Counted from the first letter of the stretch, positions 33,741-43,524 are shown. The stretch is DNA of 64,000 nt from Planctomycetota bacterium (GCA_965223545.1 OZ245006.1:4384001-4448000); one strand, 5' to 3'. Numbers and translations are program-made. Notes: generated by a model from the letters alone, not told the origin.

Positions 33741-34097
33741 ATGATCGACGCCGTGTTCTGTCGGAGTCGTATCTCGCTTTCGGGGGCGGCGCTGTTGCTC
33801 GCGGCCTGCGCGGCGCAGGCGCCGGTCGAAACGGGCGTCGCCGGCGAGCCGACCGAAGTCGTCGTGCTGGACGCCGCGTTCGTCGAGTTCGAAGGCGAGC
33901 GGCGGCCACTGGAGTTCTTCTTGCTCGAGGTCCGGCGGCGGTGTCGGGCGGCCGGTGACGACGAGGATCGGCTGCCGGCGGTGCGGTTGGCGTTTGCCCC
34001 CGCCGCCCAAGAGCTCGGCGGCCAGTGGTTGGATGCGGTGATCGACGAGCTGCGCAAGGCCGGCATCCGCCACCTCAACGTCGGTGGCGACGGTTGA
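33741..34097 (+). CDS. Small lipoprotein, possibly ExbD-like periplasmic fold
   Basis: Lipobox LAAC; C-terminal VIDELRKAGIRHL resembles the ExbD/TolR end. Confidence 0.6.
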   Translation: MIDAVFCRSRISLSGAALLLAACAAQAPVETGVAGEPTEVVVLDAAFVEFEGERRPLEFFLLEVRRRCRAAGDDEDRLPAVRLAFAPAAQELGGQWLDAVIDELRKAGIRHLNVGGDG

Positions 34098-34789
34098 CCA
34101 TCGCGTCGCTGCCGCGTCCGCCACGCCTGTTGATCTTCGACGTCGACGGCACGCTGCAGGACACCTTCCAATGGTGGCCGCGGGTGATCCGCAAAGGTCT
34201 CGCCCGCTTCGCCGCCGTGTATGACGTCGCGATCCCGCCGCCCGACGATGTGGCCGCGTGCGCGGTCGTCGGATTCGCCGACGCCGAAGTATGGGCTCCG
34301 CTGTTGCCAGCGACGCACCGGGACCGCTGGGTGGAGCTGCGCGAGCTGGTGCTTCCGCTCGAGGAGGAGGAGCTCAACGGTGGGCGCGACTACCTCTTCG
34401 CCGGCGTCCGCCCGCTGCTCGCCGGGCTGCGCCGTGCCGGCGTCGCAGTCGCGCTGGCGAGCAACTGCCGGGCGCGCTATTTCGCGGCGGTGTGCGATGG
34501 GCAAGGGCTGCGCGCTCTGTCAGATTGGCAGTTCTGCCTGGACTCGCCCGGTGTCCGCACCAAGGCTGACATGGTCGGGCAAGCGCTGGCGGCGGCCGGG
34601 GTGGAGCCGCGGGCCGCGGTGATGATCGGAGACCGGGAGAGCGATCAATCAGCCGCCGTCGAGCACGGGGTGCCCTTCGTCTGGCGCGTCAACGACCGCT
34701 GCTCGTTGGGCGACGCCGACGGCCAATGGCATGGGCAGGCCGGCGAGCTGCTCGGCCTCCTCGGGCTTCCGGCAAATATCGTAGACTGA
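34094..34789 (+). CDS. HAD family hydrolase
   Basis: LIFDVDGTL, ASNC, K, MIGDRESD; TTGA overlap with the upstream gene. Confidence 0.9.
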   Translation: MTIASLPRPPRLLIFDVDGTLQDTFQWWPRVIRKGLARFAAVYDVAIPPPDDVAACAVVGFADAEVWAPLLPATHRDRWVELRELVLPLEEEELNGGRDYLFAGVRPLLAGLRRAGVAVALASNCRARYFAAVCDGQGLRALSDWQFCLDSPGVRTKADMVGQALAAAGVEPRAAVMIGDRESDQSAAVEHGVPFVWRVNDRCSLGDADGQWHGQAGELLGLLGLPANIVD

Positions 34790-34834
34790 GGGGCGCACTC
34801 GTCCCGCCCGCCAGGACTTTCCGGACCCGAGCCC

Positions 34835-35242
34835 ATGAGCCTAGGTGCACAACTGCCGGTGTTCATCATCGGCATCGTCTTCTTCTTCGTCTATCAGATG
34901 GTGCGCCTCAGCGCCAAGGAGCGCGACGACAAGCGGCGCATCGACCTGGTCGAAAAGGCGATGGAGAAGGGTGATCTCGACGCGGCGACCAAGCGGCAGC
35001 TCGTCCAGGCGGTGGTCGGTGAGTCTCCGCGGTGGTCGCCGCTGTTGGTGATCGGCTGGCTCGGTCTGTGCGTCGGGTTGGGCATGTTGGCGGTGGCCTG
35101 CCTGAGCTATGGCAACGAGCGGATGTTCCAGCAGGCCATTCTGGTGACCTGCGGCGGCTTCGGTTTGCTCTCGCTCCCGATCGCGATGCGCGAGCTCGGC
35201 AAGATGCAGGCCACGCGGTCCGTTTCTGGAGGAGAGTCCTGA
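34835..35242 (+). CDS. Small 3-TM membrane protein (DUF6249-like), paralog 1
   Basis: TM, charged linker (EKAMEKG), two further TMs. Confidence 0.75.
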   Translation: MSLGAQLPVFIIGIVFFFVYQMVRLSAKERDDKRRIDLVEKAMEKGDLDAATKRQLVQAVVGESPRWSPLLVIGWLGLCVGLGMLAVACLSYGNERMFQQAILVTCGGFGLLSLPIAMRELGKMQATRSVSGGES

Positions 35243-35643
35243 TGGGTGCCATCGAGGCAGTCGTGGTCATGGTCGGAATGGGGCTGGCCGGCGTGCTCGG
35301 CTTCACGGTGGTCCGAGGGCGTCTGGCGCTCCAGCGACAGCGCTATCGCGTTGTGGAGATGGCGCTGCAGCACCCGGCCGTCGACCGGGAGACGCAGCGG
35401 CAGCTGCTCGAAGTCGTCGCCCAACCCACGGGTCTCTTCGGCCGGCTGTTCCGGCCGCGCACGGTGGCGACGCTCGGCTGGCTCGGGATGTTCATCGGTT
35501 TGGGGTGCTTGGCCTCGGGCGATCGCGACGCCGAGGCGGCGGGCCCGGTGATCGCGCTGATCAGCTTGGGCGTGCTCAGCCTGCCGCTGGCGCTGCGCGA
35601 GCTCGACGCGCGGCGGCTCGCTTCCAAGTCGTCCGCGAGCTGA
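35242..35643 (+). CDS. Small 3-TM membrane protein, paralog 2
   Basis: TGATG coupling with paralog 1; shares GWLG..GLG and LSLP.A.REL motifs. Confidence 0.75.
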   Translation: MGAIEAVVVMVGMGLAGVLGFTVVRGRLALQRQRYRVVEMALQHPAVDRETQRQLLEVVAQPTGLFGRLFRPRTVATLGWLGMFIGLGCLASGDRDAEAAGPVIALISLGVLSLPLALRELDARRLASKSSAS

Positions 35644-35709
35644 CGCGCCGGGCCGACCGGCCGACAGCCGGGGGTGGTCCAGGCCGGGAGCCGGTCTAAG
35701 CTCTCGGCA

Positions 35710-36594
35710 ATGACGCCCCGCCGCGACCTGTTCGAAGAGATCGTCCGCCTGCGCGCGGAGGGGGTCCCGGCGGCGTTGGCGACCATCGTCGGGACCCGCG
35801 GATCGACCCCCGGGCGCGAGGCGATGCGGCTGCTGGTGCTCGAGGACGGCACGTTTCTCGGCACCGTCGGCGGCGGATGCCTCGAGGCCGAGGTCTACGA
35901 AGCGGCGCTCGAGGTGATCCGCACCGAGCGGCCGCGCTCCCTCCAGTTTCGTTTGACCGAGTTCGAGTCGCCCGATTCCGGCCTGCTGTGTGGCGGGGAG
36001 GTCACCATCTTCGTCGAGCCCATCACCACTCCCGCGCTGTGGATCTTCGGCGGCGGCCACGTCAGTGCGGCCTTGTGCCAGACCGCGGCGATGGCCGGCT
36101 TCCGGGTCACCGTCTGTGACGACCGGCCGGCCTTCGCCAACACCGAGCGCTTTCCCCAGGCCGCCGCCACCCTGGCGGCCCCCTTCGCCGAGGCCGTCGC
36201 CCGGCTCCCTCTCCGGGCAAACACTTATGTGGTGGTGGTCACCCGGGGCCACCAGGAAGACGGCGCCGTGCTGCGCGCGCTGGCCGAGCGCTGGGGCCGT
36301 GGCGAGCGGGCCAAGTTCGTCGGCATGATCGGCTCCAGGGTGAAGCGCGGCGTGCTGTTTCGCGGCCTGCGCGCCGATGGCGTGGCGGAGGAGTTCTTGG
36401 CCGCGGTGCGCAGCCCCGTCGGGCTGTGCGTCGGCGCCGTGACGCACGAAGAGATCGCCGTCGCCGTGGTCGGTGAGCTGATCAGCGTGCGCCGGACCGG
36501 GGTCGACGCGGCCGCAGCCTGGCGCGACTACAAGCGGCGGCGTCCCCGCGGCGAGCCGACACCGCCCTCCGCGGCCGACGCCGATTCGGCCTGA
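35710..36594 (+). CDS. XdhC/CoxI family molybdoenzyme maturation factor
   Basis: GSTP, GTVGGGCLE, CGG, FGGGHV, TRGH, GMIGS, SPVGL, EIAVAV. Confidence 0.92.
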   Translation: MTPRRDLFEEIVRLRAEGVPAALATIVGTRGSTPGREAMRLLVLEDGTFLGTVGGGCLEAEVYEAALEVIRTERPRSLQFRLTEFESPDSGLLCGGEVTIFVEPITTPALWIFGGGHVSAALCQTAAMAGFRVTVCDDRPAFANTERFPQAAATLAAPFAEAVARLPLRANTYVVVVTRGHQEDGAVLRALAERWGRGERAKFVGMIGSRVKRGVLFRGLRADGVAEEFLAAVRSPVGLCVGAVTHEEIAVAVVGELISVRRTGVDAAAAWRDYKRRRPRGEPTPPSAADADSA

Positions 36595-36746
36595 AACGCC
36601 GGGGCCTCGGGCCGCGGCGGCGATGAACCAGGCGGGCAAAGGACCGTTTGGCCGGGTTCGGTTGCGGGCGCCGAACGGTCCTGGCATCATCCTCCGCCCC
36701 CCCGGATCCGTCGCCTTCGGGCGGCGCCCAGCCCATCTCGAGTGCA

Positions 36747-37799
36747 ATGAACAAGGTTGTCGCCGCCGCGGTTCTCGCCGCTTGCCCCTCTCTCGCCGCG
36801 CAGTCGGACCGCATCGTGTGGACGGATGGCACGGTCACCAAGGACGTCCGCGTCACCGATTTCACTTGGAAGGAAGTCACTTGGACCGAGCGCGGCAACG
36901 AGAGCACTCGATCCGCCGACTTGGTCGCCAGTATCGATTGCGAGAAGTGGGCCGATACCTACAAGCGGGCGTTGGCGGCCGGCACGGCCTCCGAGGCGTA
37001 CGACCAGTATCGCCTCCAGCTCGACAAACTGACGGACAAGCCCTTTCTGCAACAGTACGGGTTCATCGAGGGGGCCCGGTTGCTGGTCGGCAACGCCGAG
37101 TACAGCGAAGCGTTCGCGTTGCTCGAGAAGCTGCGCGCCGATTGCCCCAACTCCGGGTTCCTGCCGGACGTGTTTCGCTTCAAGCTCGACTACTACCTCG
37201 GCCTGGGGGCGGAGGGCGCCAACAACGCCAAGACGGTCGCCAAGAAGTACAAGGACACCGCGATCCAAGAGGGCTGGCCGGACGGCTTCGTCGCCGACGC
37301 CAACCTCTACGAGACCATGGCCAAGGCGGCCGCCGGCGAGGCGACCGGGAGTGCGTTGCAAAACGAGCTCAAGGGCCTGGTCAGCCGCACCGAGAGCACC
37401 TACCCCGACGTCGCCAGTCGCGCGCGCGTCCAGTACGGCCACGCGTTGCGCGCGGCGAACGAGCTCGATACCGCGCGCGAGGCCTACGAAGAGGTCTTGA
37501 GCAAGGACGGGATCTCCGAGCGGGTCATGGCGCAGGCGTTGGTCGGGCTGGGCTACACGCACATGGCGACCGGTGATCCGAGCAACACCGAGCCGTACCG
37601 CGACGCGATGCTCGCGTTCCTGCGGGTCTACTTGGCGGCTCCCAACGCGGGCAAGGAGCTGCGCGCCGAGGCGGTGTTCAACGCCGCGGCAGCCGCCGAC
37701 AAGTGGCGCGGGGACGATGCGTCGGCGATGGCGCGCCGGCTGCGGAGCTACCTCCGCCGCGACTTCGCCGACACCAGCTGGGCCGAGAGGCGCACCTGA
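36747..37799 (+). CDS. Secreted TPR-like protein
   Basis: Signal peptide MNKVVAAAVLAACPSLAAQ; helical repeats; AMLAFLRVYL. Confidence 0.8.
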   Translation: MNKVVAAAVLAACPSLAAQSDRIVWTDGTVTKDVRVTDFTWKEVTWTERGNESTRSADLVASIDCEKWADTYKRALAAGTASEAYDQYRLQLDKLTDKPFLQQYGFIEGARLLVGNAEYSEAFALLEKLRADCPNSGFLPDVFRFKLDYYLGLGAEGANNAKTVAKKYKDTAIQEGWPDGFVADANLYETMAKAAAGEATGSALQNELKGLVSRTESTYPDVASRARVQYGHALRAANELDTAREAYEEVLSKDGISERVMAQALVGLGYTHMATGDPSNTEPYRDAMLAFLRVYLAAPNAGKELRAEAVFNAAAAADKWRGDDASAMARRLRSYLRRDFADTSWAERRT

Positions 37800-38512
37800 G
37801 CAGTCGCGCCGCGGAGCCGAACGGCGCGCTCCCACCCGTCACCGAGCTGCCGCCGCCAGGCTGGCTCAACCGCGCGTTCTACGGCGTGCTGTGGGTCAGC
37901 TGCAATCTGCTGTTCCGGGTCTACTTCCGCTACTCGGTGCGCAACGCGCCCCGGCTGCGCGGCCCGTACGTCGTGGTCGCCAACCACACCTCGTTCTTGG
38001 ATCCGTTGTTCTTGTCGGCGGCGCAGCGGCGGCGGGTGTGCTACCTCATGTCGGAGGTCTTCTACCGCAGCCCGCGCGCCTACTGGTTCTATCGGTTCGC
38101 GCGGGCGATCCCGGTCTCGCCGCGCGGCGGCAACCGCCAGGCGATGCGGGCCGCGCGCGACGCGCTGGCGCGCGGCGACGTGATCGGCATCTTTCCGGAG
38201 GGGGGGCTCAGCCGTGACGGTGAGCTCTATCTGGGCCAGCCCGGCGCGGTGTCGCTGGTGCTCTCGTCCGGCGTCCCCGTGGTGCCCGCGGGCATGACCG
38301 GTGCCTATGACGCGATGCCGCCGAGTGGCGGTTGGCCGCGGCCGGCGCGGGTGCGGGTGCGGTTCGGACCACCGCTGACGGCGGACGAGCTGAGCGGGCC
38401 GAAGTCCCCCGACCGCAAGGCCCGTCTGGGCGCTGCGACCCGGCGGATCATGCGCGAGATCGGCGCGCTGACCGAGCAGAGGTCGCGCGAGCAAGTGCTC
38501 GGCCGAGACTGA
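37796..38512 (+). CDS. Lysophospholipid acyltransferase (PlsC-like)
   Basis: NHTSFLD and FPEGG motifs; start uncertain. Confidence 0.9.
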   Translation: MSSRAAEPNGALPPVTELPPPGWLNRAFYGVLWVSCNLLFRVYFRYSVRNAPRLRGPYVVVANHTSFLDPLFLSAAQRRRVCYLMSEVFYRSPRAYWFYRFARAIPVSPRGGNRQAMRAARDALARGDVIGIFPEGGLSRDGELYLGQPGAVSLVLSSGVPVVPAGMTGAYDAMPPSGGWPRPARVRVRFGPPLTADELSGPKSPDRKARLGAATRRIMREIGALTEQRSREQVLGRD

Positions 38513-38569
38513 CCCGGCAAAACCCCGCCGGAATCGCGGGCGCGCGCTCCGTTATCGGCGACGCGCCGG

Positions 38570-39112
38570 TTGGCGCGCGGAGCATTTGTCGTGGTGCACG
38601 AGCGAGAAGAGCTGTCTGCCCGGGTGCTGGGGATCGCGACCCGCTATCTGGCGCGCTGGGCCGATCCGCTGACGCGTTCGTCGGCGGACGATCTGGCCCA
38701 AGAGGTCGCCTGCGAGGTCGTCTACAGTCCGCGGCGCCCGTCGCGCGATCGGCTCGGCAGCTTCGTGCGCACGGTTTCGCGCCGCCGCCGCGGCCGGGCG
38801 ATCCAGCGGCAAGCACGTGAAGAGGCGCTGATCGACGCGCAAGCGCACGTCGCGGAGCAGCGCGGGCCCGCGATGATCGCGATCGGCGACCACTGGATCG
38901 CCCGCGAGGAGTGCTTGGCCGCGCTCGACGCCGCATTGGCCGAGGTCGGCGCGTTCAACGAGCGCCTGCTGCTCGACTACTACCACGGGTTCAGCTGTGG
39001 GGAGCTGGCCGATCGCTACGGGTTGAGCGTCTCGTGCATCAAGGTGCGGCTGCACCGCAGCCGGCGGCGGATCCACGCTGCCCTCTTGAGCCGCCTGCGC
39101 GTCGGCGGGTGA
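38570..39112 (+). CDS. ECF sigma factor
   Basis: DDLAQEV (region 2); ELADRYGLSVSCIKVRLHRSRRR (region 4). Confidence 0.8.
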   Translation: MARGAFVVVHEREELSARVLGIATRYLARWADPLTRSSADDLAQEVACEVVYSPRRPSRDRLGSFVRTVSRRRRGRAIQRQAREEALIDAQAHVAEQRGPAMIAIGDHWIAREECLAALDAALAEVGAFNERLLLDYYHGFSCGELADRYGLSVSCIKVRLHRSRRRIHAALLSRLRVGG

Positions 39113-39180
39113 TCGAATCGGCGCCACCCGCAGCGGGCGGCGCGACCATCGTTTGTCGCAGAATCGAGAAGGAGAACGAG

Positions 39181-40014
39181 ATGTCGGAGAACAGCCGTCG
39201 ATACGAGAATCGAGGCGTGTCGTTGTGGAGGCGGTGGGTCGGCGTGGCCTGCGCCGGCCTCTTGGGTGCATCGCTGTGCGCACAGGGGGGCGAGGACGAC
39301 GCCACCGCCGCCTTGCGCGACGCGTCGCGTCTGGTCAAGGCGATCAAGGGCCTGGAGGGCGACGAGCGAAGCGCGGCAATCGACCGCGCGTTGGCCGCGT
39401 TCGAGGCGATCGGCAATCGGGATCAGGTCGCGGCCGGCCCGCGTGCCAGGGCCTACTACGGGGCCGCCGAGCTGTTGCGGCGCAAGGGCGAGCTGGAGCG
39501 CGCCGCGAACGCCTACGGCAAGGCCGCCGAGCTCGATGCCGACGCATTCGGCGAGCGGGGGCTGAGCGGCCGCGCCCACATGCTGCGGCGACTGCAGCGA
39601 TGGGATGAGGCGTTGGTCCTGTACCGGCGCGTCGGCGCCATGGATCGCCAGACCAATCGCGTGCACGAGGCGCGCTTGTGGGTGGGGCGCTGCCTGCTCG
39701 CCCAAGACGATGTCGAAGCCGCGGTCACCGCGTTCGAGCAGGGCTTGCAGGCGGCGCAGCGGCCGCGGCACCTCATCGAGACGTGCAATTGGTTGGCCAA
39801 GGCCCACCTGGTCCGCGGCGACCTCGGCGCTGCCGACGCGGCGCTGCAGCGCGCGGCCCGCGCGGTGCCCGCCGGGGACTCCGACGAGGCGCGTTCGCTG
39901 CAACGCGCCGTCGACAAGATGTCCGCCCGGCGCGCCCTGCAGCGCGCCAAGGACAAGGCCAACGGCGCGCACGACGACGCCATCGACGTCGAGCGCAGCC
40001 GCCGGCGCGGCTGA
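39181..40014 (+). CDS. Exported TPR protein
   Basis: AAGGAG SD, signal peptide, TPR helices. Confidence 0.8.
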   Translation: MSENSRRYENRGVSLWRRWVGVACAGLLGASLCAQGGEDDATAALRDASRLVKAIKGLEGDERSAAIDRALAAFEAIGNRDQVAAGPRARAYYGAAELLRRKGELERAANAYGKAAELDADAFGERGLSGRAHMLRRLQRWDEALVLYRRVGAMDRQTNRVHEARLWVGRCLLAQDDVEAAVTAFEQGLQAAQRPRHLIETCNWLAKAHLVRGDLGAADAALQRAARAVPAGDSDEARSLQRAVDKMSARRALQRAKDKANGAHDDAIDVERSRRRG

Positions 40015-40257
40015 TCGAGTTGCGGCTCCGCCTCGCGATGCACACGAAAGGGCTTGCCTCCGCCTTCGTGTGTGTCGCGGTGATCGTTCGCCTCTCCGGG
40101 CCCCCACCGGCGACGGCGGGGAGGACGATGCGGGCGAGTTTGGAATCACTACCAAGGATAAGACCGGGAGGACGAGCGTCGCCGCGATCAGTTGCTCGAG
40201 GTCGCGAGTTGGGGTGCCGCCTTGCCGAAAAGCGGCATGATGGAGGAGAATCAGCGA

Positions 40258-41146
40258 ATGGCTGGGCCTTTCGCCACAGAAGCACTCCTCTGGCCTCTGA
40301 ACGAGGTCGAGCGCAAGTACGCGCCTGAGGAGCTTTTTTGTGCTGGCGACACGTTGCTCCTGGCCACCCCGTGCGTCTCTGTGGTCGGCTCGAGGAAGGC
40401 GAGTGCTGAAGGACTTGCTCGAGCGGGACGTTTCGCGCGCCTCCTTGCCGAGCGGGGTGTCACGGTCGTCAGCGGTCTCGCGGATGGCATCGATACGGCG
40501 GCTCACCGAGGTGCCATCGATCACCGCGGTCGAACGATCGCTGTTCTCGGCACGCCTCTCGAGAAGTGCTATCCGGCGAAGAACCGCGGGCTCCAGAACC
40601 TCAGCGCGGCCGGGGCCGCAACCAAACACGGAGCATTCCGCGACCCGAGCGTCGGTCGAGGGTCCCGCGGTCGCCGGCGGCCCGCGCTGAGCCCAGAGGC
40701 CAGTGTTGTCTTCGAGCCTCAGGGAGCTGCGTTGTCGAAGTTCTAGCGGCATCGAGCCTTCCGAGAGGTTGTCGCCGCGCGAAGATTTGCGGACCCTGAG
40801 GCTCATCATGCGAGAGCATCTGGCGATCTCGCAGTTCGCTTCGGGGACCAAGACCGGCCGGCACAGCTTTCCGATTCGAAATCGTGCCATGGCACTGATT
40901 TCCGACGCCACGGTGATTATCGAAGCGGCGGACAACAGCGGGTCGCTGCATCAGGGGTGGGAGGCATTGCGCCTCGGGCGGCAGCTGTTCATCGCGAAAT
41001 CGCTCTTCGACAACCAGGACCTCGAGTTCCCGCACAAGTTCGAAGGTTTCGGTGCTGAGGTTCTCGAGGATGAGGAGTCGGTGGACCTACTCTGCGCCGA
41101 GCTCCCACGGAGTCGCCGTGAACACTCCGCCGAAGTGCCTTTCTGA
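40258..41146 (+). pseudogene. dprA: DprA/Smf-like protein interrupted by a 202-bp insertion
   Basis: 5' half VVGSRKAS...VSGLADGIDTAAH...AVLGT...YPAKNRGLQ; 3' half RLIMREHLAISQF...FPIRNR...EAADNSGSL. Deleting 40598-40799 restores one 228-aa ORF. Confidence 0.9.
40598..40799. mobile_element. 202-bp ORF-less structured insertion (MITE- or intron-like)
   Basis: Precisely interrupts dprA; GA repeated at both junctions (40596-97, 40798-99); sub-terminal 9/10 inverted repeat GGGGCCGCAA (40612-21) / TTGCGGACCC (40787-96); several internal hairpins. Confidence 0.8.
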
Positions 41147-41554
41147 AGTTCGCTTCGCGGCCATCCTCGCCTACTCGACTCTGGCAGACCCAGGAACAGA
41201 GATCTCACGCCAGTCCCAGCTCGTCCGTGATGCCATCAAAAGTAGCCGGGCGAACTATCTGGATCGCTTTGGCGAACGCGCAGCGGAGGCGCATGGCACA
41301 ATCGGGGAGCGAACGGGCCAAGAGGATCCGGAAGAGCGCGTTCCGTCGTCGGGGGCAGGACCGACGACGTCGTGACGCGTGGAGCGCAGCTCGTCGGTGC
41401 CGCGTCGCTGGTTGCCTCGGCGTTCCCCGCGGCCGAGGTTCGGGCACTCGCCGCACTGCGAGCGGTGAGTGGCGAAGAGGTCGCTTCGATCTTCGAACCC
41501 GTTGTCGGCACGATCACGAACGGCGGAAACAACCAGGTGTGGCGCCGGCCCTGA
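41118..41554 (+). pseudogene. Fragmented phosphoribosyltransferase (DprA partner)
   Basis: Three frames: LSEVRFAAILAYS...VRDAIK; ERAKRIRKSAF; DDVVTRGA (PRPP-binding motif)...VWRRP-stop. Overlaps the dprA end. Confidence 0.75.
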
Positions 41555-41575
41555 CAACGTAGAAGCCGGAGCGTC

Positions 41576-42889
41576 CTACTTGGTGCCGATGCCGTAGTAC
41601 TCGAAGCCGACCTTGCGCATGCGGGCCGGCTGGAAGATGTTGCGCCCGTCGAACAGCACGGGGGTCTTGAGCAGGCGCTTGATCTCCTCGACGTCGACCT
41701 GTCGGAACGCGTTCCACTCGGTGACCAGGACCAGCGCATCGGCGCCTTCGACGGCGGCGAGGGCGTTGGCGCTGAGGGTGACCTTGTCGCCGATCTTGTC
41801 GCCGAGCGTGCGCTCGGCCTCGTCGTGCGCTTCCGGATCGAACGCAGACACGGTGGCGCCCGCCGCGAGGAGTGCGTCGATCAGCACCACGCTCGGCGCC
41901 TCGCGCATGTCGTCGGTCTTCGGTTTGAAGGCCAGCCCCCACACCGCGAACCGCTTGCCGGTGAGGTCGCTGCCGAAGTGGTTGGTGATCTTGTCGAAGA
42001 GCACCTTCTTCTGCTCGAGGTTGACCTCTTCGACCGCGTCGATGATCTTCGGCGTGTAGCCGGCCGCCATCGCGGTCTTCTGCAGGGCGCGCACGTCCTT
42101 GGGGAAGCACGAGCCACCGTAGCCGATGCCGGCGAACAGGAAGGGGAAGCCGATGCGCGAGTCGGTGGCGATGCCCTTGCGGACCTCGTTGACGTCGGCG
42201 CCGACGCGCTCGCAGATCTGCGCCATCTCGTTCATGAACGAGATGCGCGTCGCCAACATGGCGTTGGCGGCGTACTTGGTCATCTCGGCCGATGCGGGGT
42301 CCATGCAGAGGATCGGCTTGCCGGTGCGTACGAACGGCGCGTAGAGCTCCTGCATGATCTGGGTCGCGCGTTCGCTGTCGCTGCCGATGACGACGCGGTC
42401 CGGCATCATGAAGTCGTCGATCGCGGCACCCTCTTTGAGGAACTCCGGGTTGCTGACCACGTCGTACTCACCGTCGGTGAACTCGCGGATCTTGTCGCGC
42501 ACCTTGACCTGAGTGCCGACCGGCACCGTGCTCTTGTTGACGACGACCTTGTAGCCGTTCAGCGACTTGCCGATGGCTTCGGCGACGGCCAGCACGTGCC
42601 GCAGATCGGCGCTGCCGTCCTCGTCCGGCGGGGTGCCGACGGCGATGAAGCACACCGTGGCCTTCTCCACCGATTCCTCGACGTCGGTGCTGAAGAACAG
42701 CCGGCCTTCCTCGGTGTTGCGCCCGATCAGCTCTTCGAGCCCCGGCTCGTAGATCGGCACCTTGCCCTGTCGAAGACCCTTGATCTTCTTCTCGTCCACG
42801 TCGACGCAGGTGACTCGATTGCCGGTTTCGGCGAAGCAGGTGCCGACTACGAGTCCCACGTAGCCGGTTCCGATGACGCAGATGTTCAT
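41576..42889 (-). CDS. ugd: UDP-glucose 6-dehydrogenase
   Basis: GTGYVG, NKSTVPVG, NPEFLKEG, GYGGSCFPKD, AFKPKTDDMRE, DGRN. Confidence 0.97.
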   Translation of the reverse strand: MNICVIGTGYVGLVVGTCFAETGNRVTCVDVDEKKIKGLRQGKVPIYEPGLEELIGRNTEEGRLFFSTDVEESVEKATVCFIAVGTPPDEDGSADLRHVLAVAEAIGKSLNGYKVVVNKSTVPVGTQVKVRDKIREFTDGEYDVVSNPEFLKEGAAIDDFMMPDRVVIGSDSERATQIMQELYAPFVRTGKPILCMDPASAEMTKYAANAMLATRISFMNEMAQICERVGADVNEVRKGIATDSRIGFPFLFAGIGYGGSCFPKDVRALQKTAMAAGYTPKIIDAVEEVNLEQKKVLFDKITNHFGSDLTGKRFAVWGLAFKPKTDDMREAPSVVLIDALLAAGATVSAFDPEAHDEAERTLGDKIGDKVTLSANALAAVEGADALVLVTEWNAFRQVDVEEIKRLLKTPVLFDGRNIFQPARMRKVGFEYYGIGTK

Positions 42890-43020
42890 GCCGATCTCTC
42901 TGTACTGCGGCCCGATCCAGACCAATCTAGGTTTCGGGCGGGACGGGACCGTAGCTTGCGCGAATCCGGGGTGCAACACAGGTGCGTGGCGCCGAGGCAC
43001 CCCGCCGCTACCATGGGGAG

Positions 43021-43524
43021 ATGCGATTCGGCTTCTCAGCGCTCGCCGGCACCGTCGCCTTCGCCGGCCTCCTCACCCTGCCGAGCTGCTCGTTTCCCCG
43101 CGTCGTCCATGATTTGCACACTCATGCTCCGCCGGCCGAGCTGGGCCGGCCGGGCTGGGTGCGCGGCGTGGCCCGCTTCGGCTCCTGGGTCGGAGCGGTC
43201 GGCGGGGCTGTCGCCTCGGTCGCGGTCCTGCCGATCACGTACCCGATCTCCCTGTTGGCCGATGAACCACTCGGATACTCGCGCGACGAGTTCCTGTTCG
43301 CCCCCCTGACCGCCGGCGCCTCCACCGGCCACTTCATCCTCGGGGCGCCCGCCGACCTGTTGCACTGGCTGGGGTATCGCGCGTGGGTCGACGAGCCGCG
43401 GCCGACCGGCTACGACTTCGTGCCGATGGCGCCACCGGCCGAGCCGGGTGAGATCCGGCCGGAGGGTGGTGGCGAGGGCGGCAGCGAAGCCGATCGCGCT
43501 GGTGAAAGCCCGCGCGGCGGTTAG
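43021..43524 (+). CDS. Hypothetical lipoprotein/membrane protein
   Basis: Hydrophobic N-terminus ending in LPSC; internal hydrophobic helix. Confidence 0.65.
   Translation: MRFGFSALAGTVAFAGLLTLPSCSFPRVVHDLHTHAPPAELGRPGWVRGVARFGSWVGAVGGAVASVAVLPITYPISLLADEPLGYSRDEFLFAPLTAGASTGHFILGAPADLLHWLGYRAWVDEPRPTGYDFVPMAPPAEPGEIRPEGGGEGGSEADRAGESPRGG

Noticed and set aside
40598..40799. Canonical group I or group II intron
   Set aside because: The 5' exon does not end in U in any register, and I could not find P7 core, GUGYG start or domain V motifs. Non-canonical splicing is not excluded.
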